IMG/VR virus record: IMGVR_UViG_3300035208_005087
Location: 32,001-96,000 of that record
DNA from: a virus
Taxonomy: Duplodnaviria > Caudoviricetes
Length of the DNA: 64,000 nt
Reading direction: 5' to 3' (one strand)
Shown: positions 27,962-37,057 of the stretch, one piece after another
Layout: every line of letters begins with the position of its first letter
Numbering within the stretch: position 1 is the stretch's first letter
The notes under the pieces: model-generated
What the model was told of the DNA's origin: nothing
Database searches by the model: none
Seen by the model: the letters and a program-made list of their open reading frames with translations, nothing else
Made by a program: the position numbers and the translations under genes

Positions 27962-30796
27962 CTACAGAGTACTTCGTAAGTAATGTGTTGCTACGATCCA
28001 GTCTACACCAAAGATAGGCACATACCGTACGGCTACGTTGATTACAGAGGGATCCTTATCATCTTGACGGACAACAAAGTTGTTGCTGAAGTCCGCAATA
28101 AGATTAAGACTCTTAAGAGAGGTAAAGTAAGATGCCAAGGCTGTTTTGATTTCATTAGAAACCCCACCCAGACCCTTACGTCCGATAAATCGGTCACCCA
28201 CTCTACGAACACCTTTCTGCACTTCATGCTTTGTTTCCACGATACGTGGGTTCCTAGTAAGCACTGAGGTCATGTCGGTGGTCAAACCCATCAACACTTT
28301 GATATTGTTGTTCTTATTTTCTAATACGGTCACCCCTTTTTGAGCAACTAAGGCTGCTGTAGCTTTTGTCAAACTTCTTCCTAACCTTTGGAAACCTACT
28401 AGGGATATGTTTGTCAAAGGTGTAGCTACATCATACACAGGAGAAACGTCGGCGCCAGTCATGGCCACTGCAACATACTCCCCGCCTACCAAGATGTCTT
28501 GGTCGACACCGTTAGAGTCTGGGATAGTTATCACAGCGCTATCTGGGTACACCAAAGTGATCAATTCAGATTTTAAAGCCTTTGCATAGTTTAATGCATC
28601 CTCAGGAGTAGACCCTGCTGCCAAACCAATAAAGGATGTCCTTTCATTTTGCATACGAATGCTCGATTGTTGGGCATTAGATGTACGCAAGTAGTTAAGC
28701 ACTTGTCTGTTCGCTGTCAACACACTTAATAATGCAGGACGAGTCCCGTTACTTAGCGGTTCGTTGAAAGAGTCGATTGCTTCCACATAAGATGCAACAG
28801 AGGCGTCATTACTGTTAGGCGCTTTACGTACCTGCTTTACAGCCAAGGCTTGGCCACCATTCAAAAAGTACAGATTAGCTGCCATTACCAAAGGATTGTT
28901 TTGTGCTAATGGACCAAACAGATTTTGTACTTCAGGAAAGGATGTAACATATTTCACTGAGTAATCTGTTTTTTCCTTATCAAAGGTCACATAGTACACA
29001 TCACCTACTCGAGGTTCTTCGTCTTGTACCATGTTAAAAGTTTGGATAATGGCGGTATCTTCAAGGCCCACATTAATGGTGTCTTCTACGCGGAAACGGA
29101 CACCTGGGATACCTAGCTCTACGTTAGTTGATACGGTAAACCGTTTACTCACATTAAACACCAGTGTTCCTGCTGTCGCGGCTTCTAATGCAAAAGTGAA
29201 ACCAGTTACAGAATCCTTATAGGTCTTCCCAACCATGCCAGTGTTTACTGCACCAGAACCTGTAGCGTTTGGCACACTAGAGGTAACTGTGAACTCACCA
29301 GAGGCATCTACAGTTACTGTCACTACTTCGTCCCCGTATACACGGGAAGGGGTCACGTATGCATTACTGGTTCCTCCTACTCCGTCCCAGGTAACAGTTC
29401 CTGTATCCAGGAAAGTCGCAGTGGAAGTACTAGAAGGGTCTAAAATAACTTGACGAGCGCTGCCGTATGCGTCACCGATTACGGTGTATTCGCCAACACC
29501 CTCACCGCCCGATACCTTGTTCCGTACTGTCCAGGTGTCATCTGCCAAAGTGTTTACAAAGAAACTAGCAAAAACCTTGTCCCCTGGTGCAGGTGCACTT
29601 TGAAGAGTAATGTTCCTTCCTTCTACCTTTGTTACCACTACTTGACTAGCGCTTGCCTCATCTGCACCTACATACACAACTAAATCGTCATGAGGGTTAG
29701 CCGTGCCGTTGGAAACAGAAGTCAGTGGAGTACCTTTACCGTCCCCCTTTACAGGCTGATAAGGTAAGGTGTATATTTTAGTGACGGCGGTAGTCGTAGC
29801 CTGTGCTTCTACCATGTAGTAACGGTAGTCCACCATACTAGCATCGACTTTGTTGTCGTTAAAGGCATCCGCGCCCACTTCATTGATCCCAGCAGAAACA
29901 GCTATAGAGCTGCCCCAATGGATCTCATTGCCACGGGCTAAAACGTAATCTTTGTTTTTAAAGAAATCCGTGCGGCCTGGGTCAAAACCCACTCTTGCGA
30001 TATTGGAAACGATAGCAGCGGGCAAGATATCTGCAGTGTCTTGGAAATTGTTAGTAAAATAGCTAACAAGCACCTCTGCACCATCTGCAGGGGCATTAAC
30101 TAGCGTGAATGTCCCAAAACCCCCAGAGATACTATCAATATCAACAAGGGTGCCATCTACTTGAGCTTGGATAACAGGTACCTGTATCATTACTCCATTT
30201 ACTTCGTTGGTAACCACAGCTCCGATACTGGTACTAGTGGCGTTATTTCCGCCATTGTCCCCTGCCACGATACGTGCAGAGTCCACTTTAAACACTCGGT
30301 TACTCCCGTCCGCTTGTAGAGAAAGATCTTCATTCTCTACATAGGTGTCACGTCTTTTGAAGTAGTAATTTAGTTCAACAATGTCCCCTTGCGCGGGAGG
30401 GTTCACTAAGGTAATCAAACCTGTGGCCGCGTCTATAGACTGCACAGGCACGCCCTCTCCATTTACCACTACTACCACATCGTTAGGGTTAGTAGCATAA
30501 GTGCCTTCACCATCGTTCAGCACTAGCGGGTACTGTCGTGTATAGAAGTCCACATTTACACTGTCTTGTACATTCCCACGTCCATTGCTTGACGCAATTT
30601 CCCCTAGGATGATGTTTGCCGCACTAGAGGACGACCCTCGCACCATTTCAAAAGCTTCAATCCTTTCTTCTTCTTGGCCTACAGCTATTAAAGCAGCATA
30701 CCTTGCCTGACCTGCAGCAGTAGGGCTGGGAGCTTGAACAAATGTTCTAGTGTATGTCCCCGGAAACGCAAATTGTTCTAGTGGTCCGATTGCCAT
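27962..30796 (-). CDS. Contractile tail sheath protein with inserted beta-sandwich domains (944 aa)
   Basis: N-terminal FPGTYTRT; VQNLFG...AANLYFLNGG; LVYPDS; C-terminal FIGRK...DPSVINVAVRYVPIFGVDWI. Confidence 0.9.
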   Translation of the reverse strand: MAIGPLEQFAFPGTYTRTFVQAPSPTAAGQARYAALIAVGQEEERIEAFEMVRGSSSSAANIILGEIASSNGRGNVQDSVNVDFYTRQYPLVLNDGEGTYATNPNDVVVVVNGEGVPVQSIDAATGLITLVNPPAQGDIVELNYYFKRRDTYVENEDLSLQADGSNRVFKVDSARIVAGDNGGNNATSTSIGAVVTNEVNGVMIQVPVIQAQVDGTLVDIDSISGGFGTFTLVNAPADGAEVLVSYFTNNFQDTADILPAAIVSNIARVGFDPGRTDFFKNKDYVLARGNEIHWGSSIAVSAGINEVGADAFNDNKVDASMVDYRYYMVEAQATTTAVTKIYTLPYQPVKGDGKGTPLTSVSNGTANPHDDLVVYVGADEASASQVVVTKVEGRNITLQSAPAPGDKVFASFFVNTLADDTWTVRNKVSGGEGVGEYTVIGDAYGSARQVILDPSSTSTATFLDTGTVTWDGVGGTSNAYVTPSRVYGDEVVTVTVDASGEFTVTSSVPNATGSGAVNTGMVGKTYKDSVTGFTFALEAATAGTLVFNVSKRFTVSTNVELGIPGVRFRVEDTINVGLEDTAIIQTFNMVQDEEPRVGDVYYVTFDKEKTDYSVKYVTSFPEVQNLFGPLAQNNPLVMAANLYFLNGGQALAVKQVRKAPNSNDASVASYVEAIDSFNEPLSNGTRPALLSVLTANRQVLNYLRTSNAQQSSIRMQNERTSFIGLAAGSTPEDALNYAKALKSELITLVYPDSAVITIPDSNGVDQDILVGGEYVAVAMTGADVSPVYDVATPLTNISLVGFQRLGRSLTKATAALVAQKGVTVLENKNNNIKVLMGLTTDMTSVLTRNPRIVETKHEVQKGVRRVGDRFIGRKGLGGVSNEIKTALASYFTSLKSLNLIADFSNNFVVRQDDKDPSVINVAVRYVPIFGVDWIVATHYLRSTL

Positions 30797-30924
30797 TGCT
30801 TTTTCTCCTCATTTCTGCCTACGCTCTTTTCCAGTTGCTAGAGGTTTCACTCTTACTGACACCCCTGTAACGGGCATAAAAAACACTACAGGGCATTAAA
30901 AAATCTATAATGCACTACAAGGGA

Positions 30925-30937
30925 ATTAGAAGATTAT
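30925..30937 (-). promoter_or_regulatory. Putative late promoter motif ATAATCTTCTAAT upstream of sheath
   Basis: Exact motif; 21 bp (30925-30945) are identical to 35632-35652. Confidence 0.7.
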
Positions 30938-30959
30938 CCAACAGAGTCTCGGGGAAAGT

Positions 30960-31391
30960 CTAAACGGCTAGTTTCCGGAAACCTTTTTTATCCCAGGTTT
31001 CCTTACCCTTTGCCTGGGACACAGCTTCCGAATACTCTTTAGCCCGTGCCTTGCGTTTCTGATCACCAAGTAATGCTTCAGGGTTGAATGTTTGTCCTGG
31101 TTTTATACCAAGGTCTACTACATTAGCCCCCGCTAGCCTCTTTTCTTTTTTCTTAGTAAGGTCTTCCCACTTCTTGTGAGCTGAGGCCCCTACTACTTTA
31201 TCGATTTCGGATTCCGTGTAGGCATCCTTCTTCGTAGTATCCAAAGGAGTGCTGACAGCAAAGGTGTCTGCTCCTAGTCTGCGAGTCTCACTTCCGCAGC
31301 GAGGGCAAATCTGATCATCTTTGTCCGCCACCTTAGCGAGCTTTTCTGATACCAGATTACATCCGGGGCATTTGTATCTATAAATTGGCAT
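30960..31391 (-). CDS. FmdB-family zinc-ribbon protein
   Basis: MPIYRYKCPGC...CPRCG...RRL signature. Confidence 0.8.
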   Translation of the reverse strand: MPIYRYKCPGCNLVSEKLAKVADKDDQICPRCGSETRRLGADTFAVSTPLDTTKKDAYTESEIDKVVGASAHKKWEDLTKKKEKRLAGANVVDLGIKPGQTFNPEALLGDQKRKARAKEYSEAVSQAKGKETWDKKGFRKLAV

Positions 31392-31421
31392 GTGAGTCTC
31401 CTATTTGTTTTGTTTTATTTT

Positions 31422-32831
31422 TTAGAAAAGATACGGATACGTTGTAATGGGGTACTCCACTAAAAACTCAGGAGTATCTTGGGCGTCATAGAGGCTCACC
31501 TCTTGGACCCTTCCCCTCTTGATTCTTTCTACCGCCTCTACATCGTACGTGTACTTTTTCAATTTTATTACGTATGGTATAAACTTCTTCCACTCGGTCA
31601 TTACCTCTATATTGAGGCTACTTTCAAAATACATTGCTTGCGTGGCATCATCATACACAGATTCGGATTCATTTGACGGTGTGCAGTCCTCTATGGTGAT
31701 TCCTTCGTTTTTTAATAGCTCCCTTCTATTCACCCAAATGTCCGAAGACAAATGATCAGCTATTTCCGAAGTCGTCAAAGGATCTCTTGAAAATACCTTC
31801 CACCCTAAGGTCATGTTATAATGACCACCTTTAACATGTGCGGCTTTTTCTCTTCTAGCGGTCAGTACCACACACATCTTATCACCCTTCTGTCTCCTAG
31901 AACCAAAGGCTAGTACCACCCCTTTAATGGCCTTGTCATTATAGGAATACTCCGTAGGTATATTGAAAGGTCCTAGAGTGTCCCCCTGCCACCTATAAGA
32001 AGCGTACAGGGTTGTCCCTGCCTGTATCGGCTGCAAAAATGTCACTAACCCGTCTGGCGTTACCGTGTAATCCACATCCCTGTCTAAAAACAGAAGGGGG
32101 GCACGGGGTGAGGACCTCGTATAAAGGGACAGCACAAAATCTATCAATACTGGTGTCTGGCTTAATTGCACAGTAACTTCCGAACCAGTGGTCTTCTCTA
32201 CAACAACCTCTCCATCTTCTGAGTACATGGGGGTTATTATAAAGCTATTTTCCTCCTCCATCTCCAAGAAATAAAAACCGGGACGAGCCACGTCCTTATA
32301 AAAATAAGACACCTCTACTGTCTCGGAGGGGTTGACTATCGTTGTCAACTGTACCTCTCCTGTAAGAGGATCAACACTCCTAGGTAATATCTGTACTCCA
32401 TTTATGTGTACTTCTACCTGACCAATATCCGTTAGCAATAAAGGGTTTTGCGCTCCTTTAGTTATTGGCTTTTTACTAGTGTACACTTTGGTTCTGTCGC
32501 TACTTAGTGTAGCAGTAACATTTTCTTTATTCACCCACTTCGAGATATTGTAGACATCCTCCCAGACCCATTCTATACTTGTCCCCGGGTGGTTCCCTAC
32601 CTTAGTTATAGTTACCATGGACATCAATGTCCCAAAGGTGTTGTCAGGGCTCAAGTTTATCCTCGTAGCGCTCGTATCATACAGACTGACCCCTATTTGC
32701 GGACGCTCTTTGCCCATATGGTACTTGCCATACGCCTTTACGTCCGTCTTGTATACAGGGTGCCTTTTTAACGAGTCATTCAACTCATCCATAAATCTTT
32801 TTTTAATTACTTGGTAAAGATTGTTTTCCAT
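31422..32831 (-). CDS. Putative tail completion/terminator (neck) protein with inserted beta-sandwich domains
   Basis: Position upstream of the sheath; ERPQIGV, WKVFSRDPLTTSEIAD, YFESSLNIEVMTEW. Start probably MENNL (32831) after GGGGTG. Confidence 0.55.
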   Translation of the reverse strand: MENNLYQVIKKRFMDELNDSLKRHPVYKTDVKAYGKYHMGKERPQIGVSLYDTSATRINLSPDNTFGTLMSMVTITKVGNHPGTSIEWVWEDVYNISKWVNKENVTATLSSDRTKVYTSKKPITKGAQNPLLLTDIGQVEVHINGVQILPRSVDPLTGEVQLTTIVNPSETVEVSYFYKDVARPGFYFLEMEEENSFIITPMYSEDGEVVVEKTTGSEVTVQLSQTPVLIDFVLSLYTRSSPRAPLLFLDRDVDYTVTPDGLVTFLQPIQAGTTLYASYRWQGDTLGPFNIPTEYSYNDKAIKGVVLAFGSRRQKGDKMCVVLTARREKAAHVKGGHYNMTLGWKVFSRDPLTTSEIADHLSSDIWVNRRELLKNEGITIEDCTPSNESESVYDDATQAMYFESSLNIEVMTEWKKFIPYVIKLKKYTYDVEAVERIKRGRVQEVSLYDAQDTPEFLVEYPITTYPYLF

Positions 32832-32849
32832 GACTAAGCACCCCATTAT

Positions 32850-32887
32850 AAAATAGGGAATAAGGGTATGGTACCCTTATTCCCTAT
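32850..32887 (-). terminator. Perfect 16-bp-stem hairpin/terminator after the actin-like gene
   Basis: ATAGGGAATAAGGGTA-CCA-TACCCTTATTCCCTAT then TTT on the minus strand. Confidence 0.7.
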
Positions 32888-32890
32888 GGA

Positions 32891-33904
32891 TCATTCTGAC
32901 TCTAAACTAGCAGCAATTAACAATCCCTTAGCCACATCGGCTAAAGGGTCGTTTGCCATACGTATTTCTGACACTTCAAAAGGGAAATCCTTTATCTTCG
33001 CAAATTCCCGTTTAAAGAACTCTAGGAAATTGCCGGCTTGTGATGTCCCACCAGAAATTATAATAGGTAAGGGCTTCTCAATCTGCACGGCACTCTCCGC
33101 CCTGCGGAATTCCTTTTTGATGCTGTCTACCACATAGTTAATTAAATTCTTGTAGTACACGACCACCGCTTCCCGTTCCCGTTCTGTCTTAGGGTCCCCT
33201 TTAATTGGGTCTAGTAGATCTACTCCCTGTTCTTTGATAGCCATAATTTGTGCCTGAGTCTTGCCTGTAGCCCTGGCCGCTCCTTCATCAATCCAGTCCC
33301 CACCACGAGCTACCGAGAACTTCATGCCCGCTACGGTTTGGTACAATAAGGCAGCATTAGTCATACCCGCACCAAAACTTAAACCTAGGGCAGTGAACTC
33401 TTCCGCCTCTGCGTTAGCGTACACTACTGCGGTAGCTTCGTTCATAGCTTCTGCTGTATACCCAAAGCTAGTCAGGATCTTTTTAAACATTGCTTCGTGA
33501 TAAAACACATCCGCATCCTTATCTAAAGGTGCCGCAGGTACCGAGAAGTACAGTACCTCTCCCTTGGGTGAGGGCTCTCCTACTACTTCCTTTAAAAGTA
33601 ACATCAAAATCTTTTCTGCTTCCCGCTCCCCCGCTGCGATCACGCCCTGGGATAGCGGCCTTCTTACTTCTTTTTTTAAAATGTTGGCCATTCTGAGGGA
33701 GGCGTCCCCTATGATGTACAAAGTGTCTTCTTTTTCAATGAACGGCACCTTGCTCATTTTTAGCATGTTTCGAGTGCTCTTTTCATTATCTATGTCGATA
33801 AAGGCATCTCTTACCGAACGTATGGATACGCTTGCCATTTCGGTTTCATCTGAGTATGTAGCCCCTACTAAAAAGCAGGTACCCACGTCGAGTCCTTTTG
33901 CCAT
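32891..33904 (-). CDS. Actin-like ATPase (volactin/MamK-like family), 337 aa
   Basis: All actin-fold motifs are present: phosphate1 GLDVGT, connect1 MNEATAV, phosphate2 SFGAGMTN, RGGDWID, adenosine ISGGTS, connect2 DPLADVAKG. Confidence 0.9.
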   Translation of the reverse strand: MAKGLDVGTCFLVGATYSDETEMASVSIRSVRDAFIDIDNEKSTRNMLKMSKVPFIEKEDTLYIIGDASLRMANILKKEVRRPLSQGVIAAGEREAEKILMLLLKEVVGEPSPKGEVLYFSVPAAPLDKDADVFYHEAMFKKILTSFGYTAEAMNEATAVVYANAEAEEFTALGLSFGAGMTNAALLYQTVAGMKFSVARGGDWIDEGAARATGKTQAQIMAIKEQGVDLLDPIKGDPKTEREREAVVVYYKNLINYVVDSIKKEFRRAESAVQIEKPLPIIISGGTSQAGNFLEFFKREFAKIKDFPFEVSEIRMANDPLADVAKGLLIAASLESE

Positions 33905-33907
33905 TTG

Positions 33908-34591
33908 TTATGTCTCCTTCTGTTGTGTTTTATTTCTTAAGGCTTTTAGCCTATTTAATGAGTTCCTCACTGTATCCCCTTGTCCCACACTAGTTGTCTG
34001 CAGGTGGATATGATTGGCCATATCTGTTACCGCTAGATTACCTGGGATGTACACCTCCTCCCGGAGCTCCCTATTCTCGCTACCCCTAACACCTCGTGCT
34101 GGCGAGGTGACTCCAGGACCTGCCACTGATATCCCCGATAAAGTCTTTTCCATTTTTGTGGCCGAGGACTCTATAGCTTTTACGGTTTCGGTACTCTGCC
34201 TACTCACCATCTCCTGCATATCCTCGAATTTACGATCTATTTTCTGTAAAAGTTCAGATAATCCTTTTTCTCCCTCTTCGGGCTGAGTCTCCACACCCTT
34301 CTCTTTGAATGAGGACACTTCTTCTAACTTTTTTTCAAAACTAGAAATTTTAGAAACTATTTGCTTCAATTCTTCTTGATCTTTCTTTGGGGCAGGTTTT
34401 GGAGGGGGCACTAGGGGGCCTAAACCCTCATCCGTGATAATGGCCACCCTCCCTTCTTGTGCTGCCTTATTTAGATCGGCAGAGTGGGATAGTTGCTCTT
34501 TAGTATAAGTTTTAACTTGACCAAAATAAACCCGATCATTGAGATCGGGTATTTCTACAGTTCTAAAACTTATGCCTTTGACTTTTATCAT
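33908..34591 (-). CDS. Coiled-coil protein, putative partner/adaptor of the actin-like protein (227 aa)
   Basis: Small N-domain, Pro-rich linker, coiled coils and a basic amphipathic C-terminal helix (VRNSLNRLKALRNK); ends 3 bp before the actin ATG. Confidence 0.6.
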   Translation of the reverse strand: MIKVKGISFRTVEIPDLNDRVYFGQVKTYTKEQLSHSADLNKAAQEGRVAIITDEGLGPLVPPPKPAPKKDQEELKQIVSKISSFEKKLEEVSSFKEKGVETQPEEGEKGLSELLQKIDRKFEDMQEMVSRQSTETVKAIESSATKMEKTLSGISVAGPGVTSPARGVRGSENRELREEVYIPGNLAVTDMANHIHLQTTSVGQGDTVRNSLNRLKALRNKTQQKET

Positions 34592-34637
34592 GTTTTATTT
34601 TGGCCCCCATTATCCCCGGGGGCTTTAGGGTTTTTTA

Positions 34638-35576
34638 TTACGCTAGATACCGAGAAAGTTTGTCTTGTTTGACTAAAGACGCGTTTTTCCAGTCAGAGTA
34701 GTCTTTCACCGCTACTGTGTCCTTTTTACCGTCTTCTGGAGAAACTCTCACATGGGTGGGGTTTCCATCCTTGTCGTAGCCCTTAGCTTGGTACTCTTCC
34801 AGTTTGTGTTCTTCGGTTTGAATGTTTTCCATTACTTGCTCGAACATCTTGTTCAATTCTTTCATGCGATCCTGTGGTTTCTCTGCACGGCTTTCCGCAG
34901 TCATCAGAGATAGTAACAAAGCTGCTACCGCTGGGATATTTTTCATCATACCAGCTTCTTTGGTTTCACCGTCTTCTTCGTCTGACGCTAACTTTAAGTT
35001 TTTCAACAAGCGTTCGCCTTCTAAAGCTTTCTTTTTCAACTCTTCTTCATACGCACGTTGTTCTTCATCAACAGATAGATCCACACCTGTGTACTTGTCC
35101 TTTATATGGGGGTCTGCGGCAGGGGCTTGTTGCATGATTTTTTTCATTTCTGCAGCAAGTTGTTTCACAGCGTCTTTACCTAACCCTGCAACTTGTTTTG
35201 TTACAGTTTTAAGATCCAGGCCTGCTAATACTTCTTGGCCTTCTGCAGGTTGAGTTTCTTCAGATTTATCACCTTCTGTGGCCTCATCTTCCATCTCCGC
35301 AGCGTTCACATAGTAACGAGCACTTCCTTCTGTTGGCATGTAGGACATAGTGCCACTTTCACATGCAGCACATTTGATAGTGTCATTCACATGTACAATG
35401 AGGTCGTCACTAGCGATTTTCTCACTTGCGGCGTACTTCTTAATGGTAGCGTTGATCTCTTGTAAACTTTTGCTGTGCCCACAATCGGCGCAAGCAAAAA
35501 CGGTAATCTTTTGCGCTTCTGCTTCCAATGTGTCAGCTAATTTTAAAAGCTGTTCTGCCGCGGTAACTAATCTCAT
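34638..35576 (-). CDS. Zinc-ribbon-containing protein, possible internal head protein (312 aa)
   Basis: CADC and CAAC pairs; K-x-A-[ASG] motifs; AAGGAG SD and a promoter motif upstream. Confidence 0.65.
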   Translation of the reverse strand: MRLVTAAEQLLKLADTLEAEAQKITVFACADCGHSKSLQEINATIKKYAASEKIASDDLIVHVNDTIKCAACESGTMSYMPTEGSARYYVNAAEMEDEATEGDKSEETQPAEGQEVLAGLDLKTVTKQVAGLGKDAVKQLAAEMKKIMQQAPAADPHIKDKYTGVDLSVDEEQRAYEEELKKKALEGERLLKNLKLASDEEDGETKEAGMMKNIPAVAALLLSLMTAESRAEKPQDRMKELNKMFEQVMENIQTEEHKLEEYQAKGYDKDGNPTHVRVSPEDGKKDTVAVKDYSDWKNASLVKQDKLSRYLA

Positions 35577-35631
35577 TTCTAAACTCCTTATACAAAAATT
35601 TTGTTAAAAATTGTAAAACATGTACAAAAGG

Positions 35632-35644
35632 ATTAGAAGATTAT
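35632..35644 (-). promoter_or_regulatory. Putative late promoter motif ATAATCTTCTAAT
   Basis: Exact motif; heads the 312 aa - 227 aa - actin unit. Confidence 0.7.
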
Positions 35645-35659
35645 CCAACAGACACTTCT

Positions 35660-37054
35660 CTAAAGCGTTATATTCTCGAAGGTAACCGTGCGGCCAGTCT
35701 CCCTCACACCCTCTGGTACCGTACTTTTTTCTGGAATAGTCGGGCTAGCATCCGAGGGTCTGTTCTCCCTAAATGCGTTCCAGGCCTCCGGTGGTGCACT
35801 CTCTCCTCCTCGTATGGGTATCAGGTAAATCGGGTCTGTTTGATCTACATGAGCTAAGGTAAAGTGCTGCTGGTAAATCGCCCCTCGACTTCCTTGAGGA
35901 TTAGGTCTGTTTACGAAGTACCTATCATTGTTTGCCCGTACTACTACATCCCTGTCATTTAATAAGGGTTCTGGCCCTGTCCAGGTATTCCAGTCATATG
36001 TGATGTGAAAGCCGGCATCCATTAGGTTTACGGCTTTCTCAGTCTCCGGTGGGGCTATTAATATATCATAAGGGCCTTCGTAACCACCTATGTACCCTGT
36101 ACCGTAACACTTAGGGCACCCCCCATTCTTAAGACCGACTCCTTTAGAGTACCCAAAATCCTCATTGTAGCACCCACACCTTTGGCCGTTCCATTTTCTT
36201 AAAAAGAGTTTTACTCTCTCCCCTTCCCTCTCTAATAACCACTTGTTTTTTCTGATGGCTTCTTTCCACACCCAATCGGTTTTCTCCATTTGGTATGGAG
36301 TTTGAGCCTCCACCTCAGAAATAGGGGTCTCTATGGTCACCCCCTTACTCGGATCGAAAGCTACCGTTGTTACCTTGTAGTATAGCTTCCTGTGCATATC
36401 CGTGGCAATCAGCCCATTCAAGTATGTGTAGGACACCCTAATACCCCCAGTAAGAAGATCGGGCAGGACAGGTGGTACGTATGCATTTTTTATAGGATCA
36501 TATGTCCTATTTGTGTTCAAGTATATGAGCCCTTGCTCTGCATGTATCTTAAAAGGTATTACTGGGACATAGCCTTTCCCATCTCCCGCATCCACTTCTA
36601 TTAGGATATGCGAGTAATTTACCTGTCCTTGGCTATTGGTGCCTGGGGCTATCAAGGGTTTGTGCATCGTGTGAAAAAACCACTTTTTCTCCGCGTTATT
36701 TGCAGGGTTTAATCTGTTTAGGACATCTTCCCTCTCTACAAAAACCTCTGATGTTTGATCCCTCACAGATTTCGCCGAAAGGGGTGCTACATTTATTTTA
36801 GTGTACTCTCCTGCCGGTGTATCAAAACACCGATACACATTCACCCCTAGTATGTCTAGACCACTATTGTATGGTATAGCTGCCGGGTTATCCCAGCGGA
36901 TATCCAACACTCCTATCAAGTAAGGGCTCGTCACGTGTACGTTTTTTGGAGGTAATGGTAAACTCACTGGGTCGGAGGAACCGCTTCGATAAGGTAGATT
37001 AAAACCAGGGCTACCCATCCCTTGTACTAAACTGGTTCTGTTCATCTCTGCCAT
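35660..37054 (-). CDS. Putative head-closure/neck protein with FN3-like N-terminus and Cys4 zinc finger (464 aa)
   Basis: IRWDNP...GVNVYR...YYKVTTV FN3; GERVKLFLRK..GQRCGC...CPKCYGTG; WTGPEPLLNDRDVVV...RYFV resembles stopper beta-barrels. Confidence 0.55.
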   Translation of the reverse strand: MAEMNRTSLVQGMGSPGFNLPYRSGSSDPVSLPLPPKNVHVTSPYLIGVLDIRWDNPAAIPYNSGLDILGVNVYRCFDTPAGEYTKINVAPLSAKSVRDQTSEVFVEREDVLNRLNPANNAEKKWFFHTMHKPLIAPGTNSQGQVNYSHILIEVDAGDGKGYVPVIPFKIHAEQGLIYLNTNRTYDPIKNAYVPPVLPDLLTGGIRVSYTYLNGLIATDMHRKLYYKVTTVAFDPSKGVTIETPISEVEAQTPYQMEKTDWVWKEAIRKNKWLLEREGERVKLFLRKWNGQRCGCYNEDFGYSKGVGLKNGGCPKCYGTGYIGGYEGPYDILIAPPETEKAVNLMDAGFHITYDWNTWTGPEPLLNDRDVVVRANNDRYFVNRPNPQGSRGAIYQQHFTLAHVDQTDPIYLIPIRGGESAPPEAWNAFRENRPSDASPTIPEKSTVPEGVRETGRTVTFENITL

Positions 37055-37057
37055 TTT

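Noticed and set aside
30797-30924. Short imperfect direct repeats (GGGCAT(T)AAAAAA, CACTACA(A)GGG) in the sheath leader
   Set aside because: Too short and AT-rich to distinguish from chance; no ncRNA or tRNA structure recognised.
887-32831. Extracellular contractile injection system, tailocin or T6SS rather than a phage
   Set aside because: Candidate head-tail adaptor/closure genes, phage-type promoter motifs and the absence of host or T6SS membrane-complex genes favour a phage. Capsid, portal and terminase are not visible, so this is not formally excluded.
32891-33904. Archaeal host inferred from the volactin-like actin
   Set aside because: The M15 peptidase, stem-loop/U-tract terminators and a non-halophilic protein composition point to a bacterial host; host identity remains unresolved.
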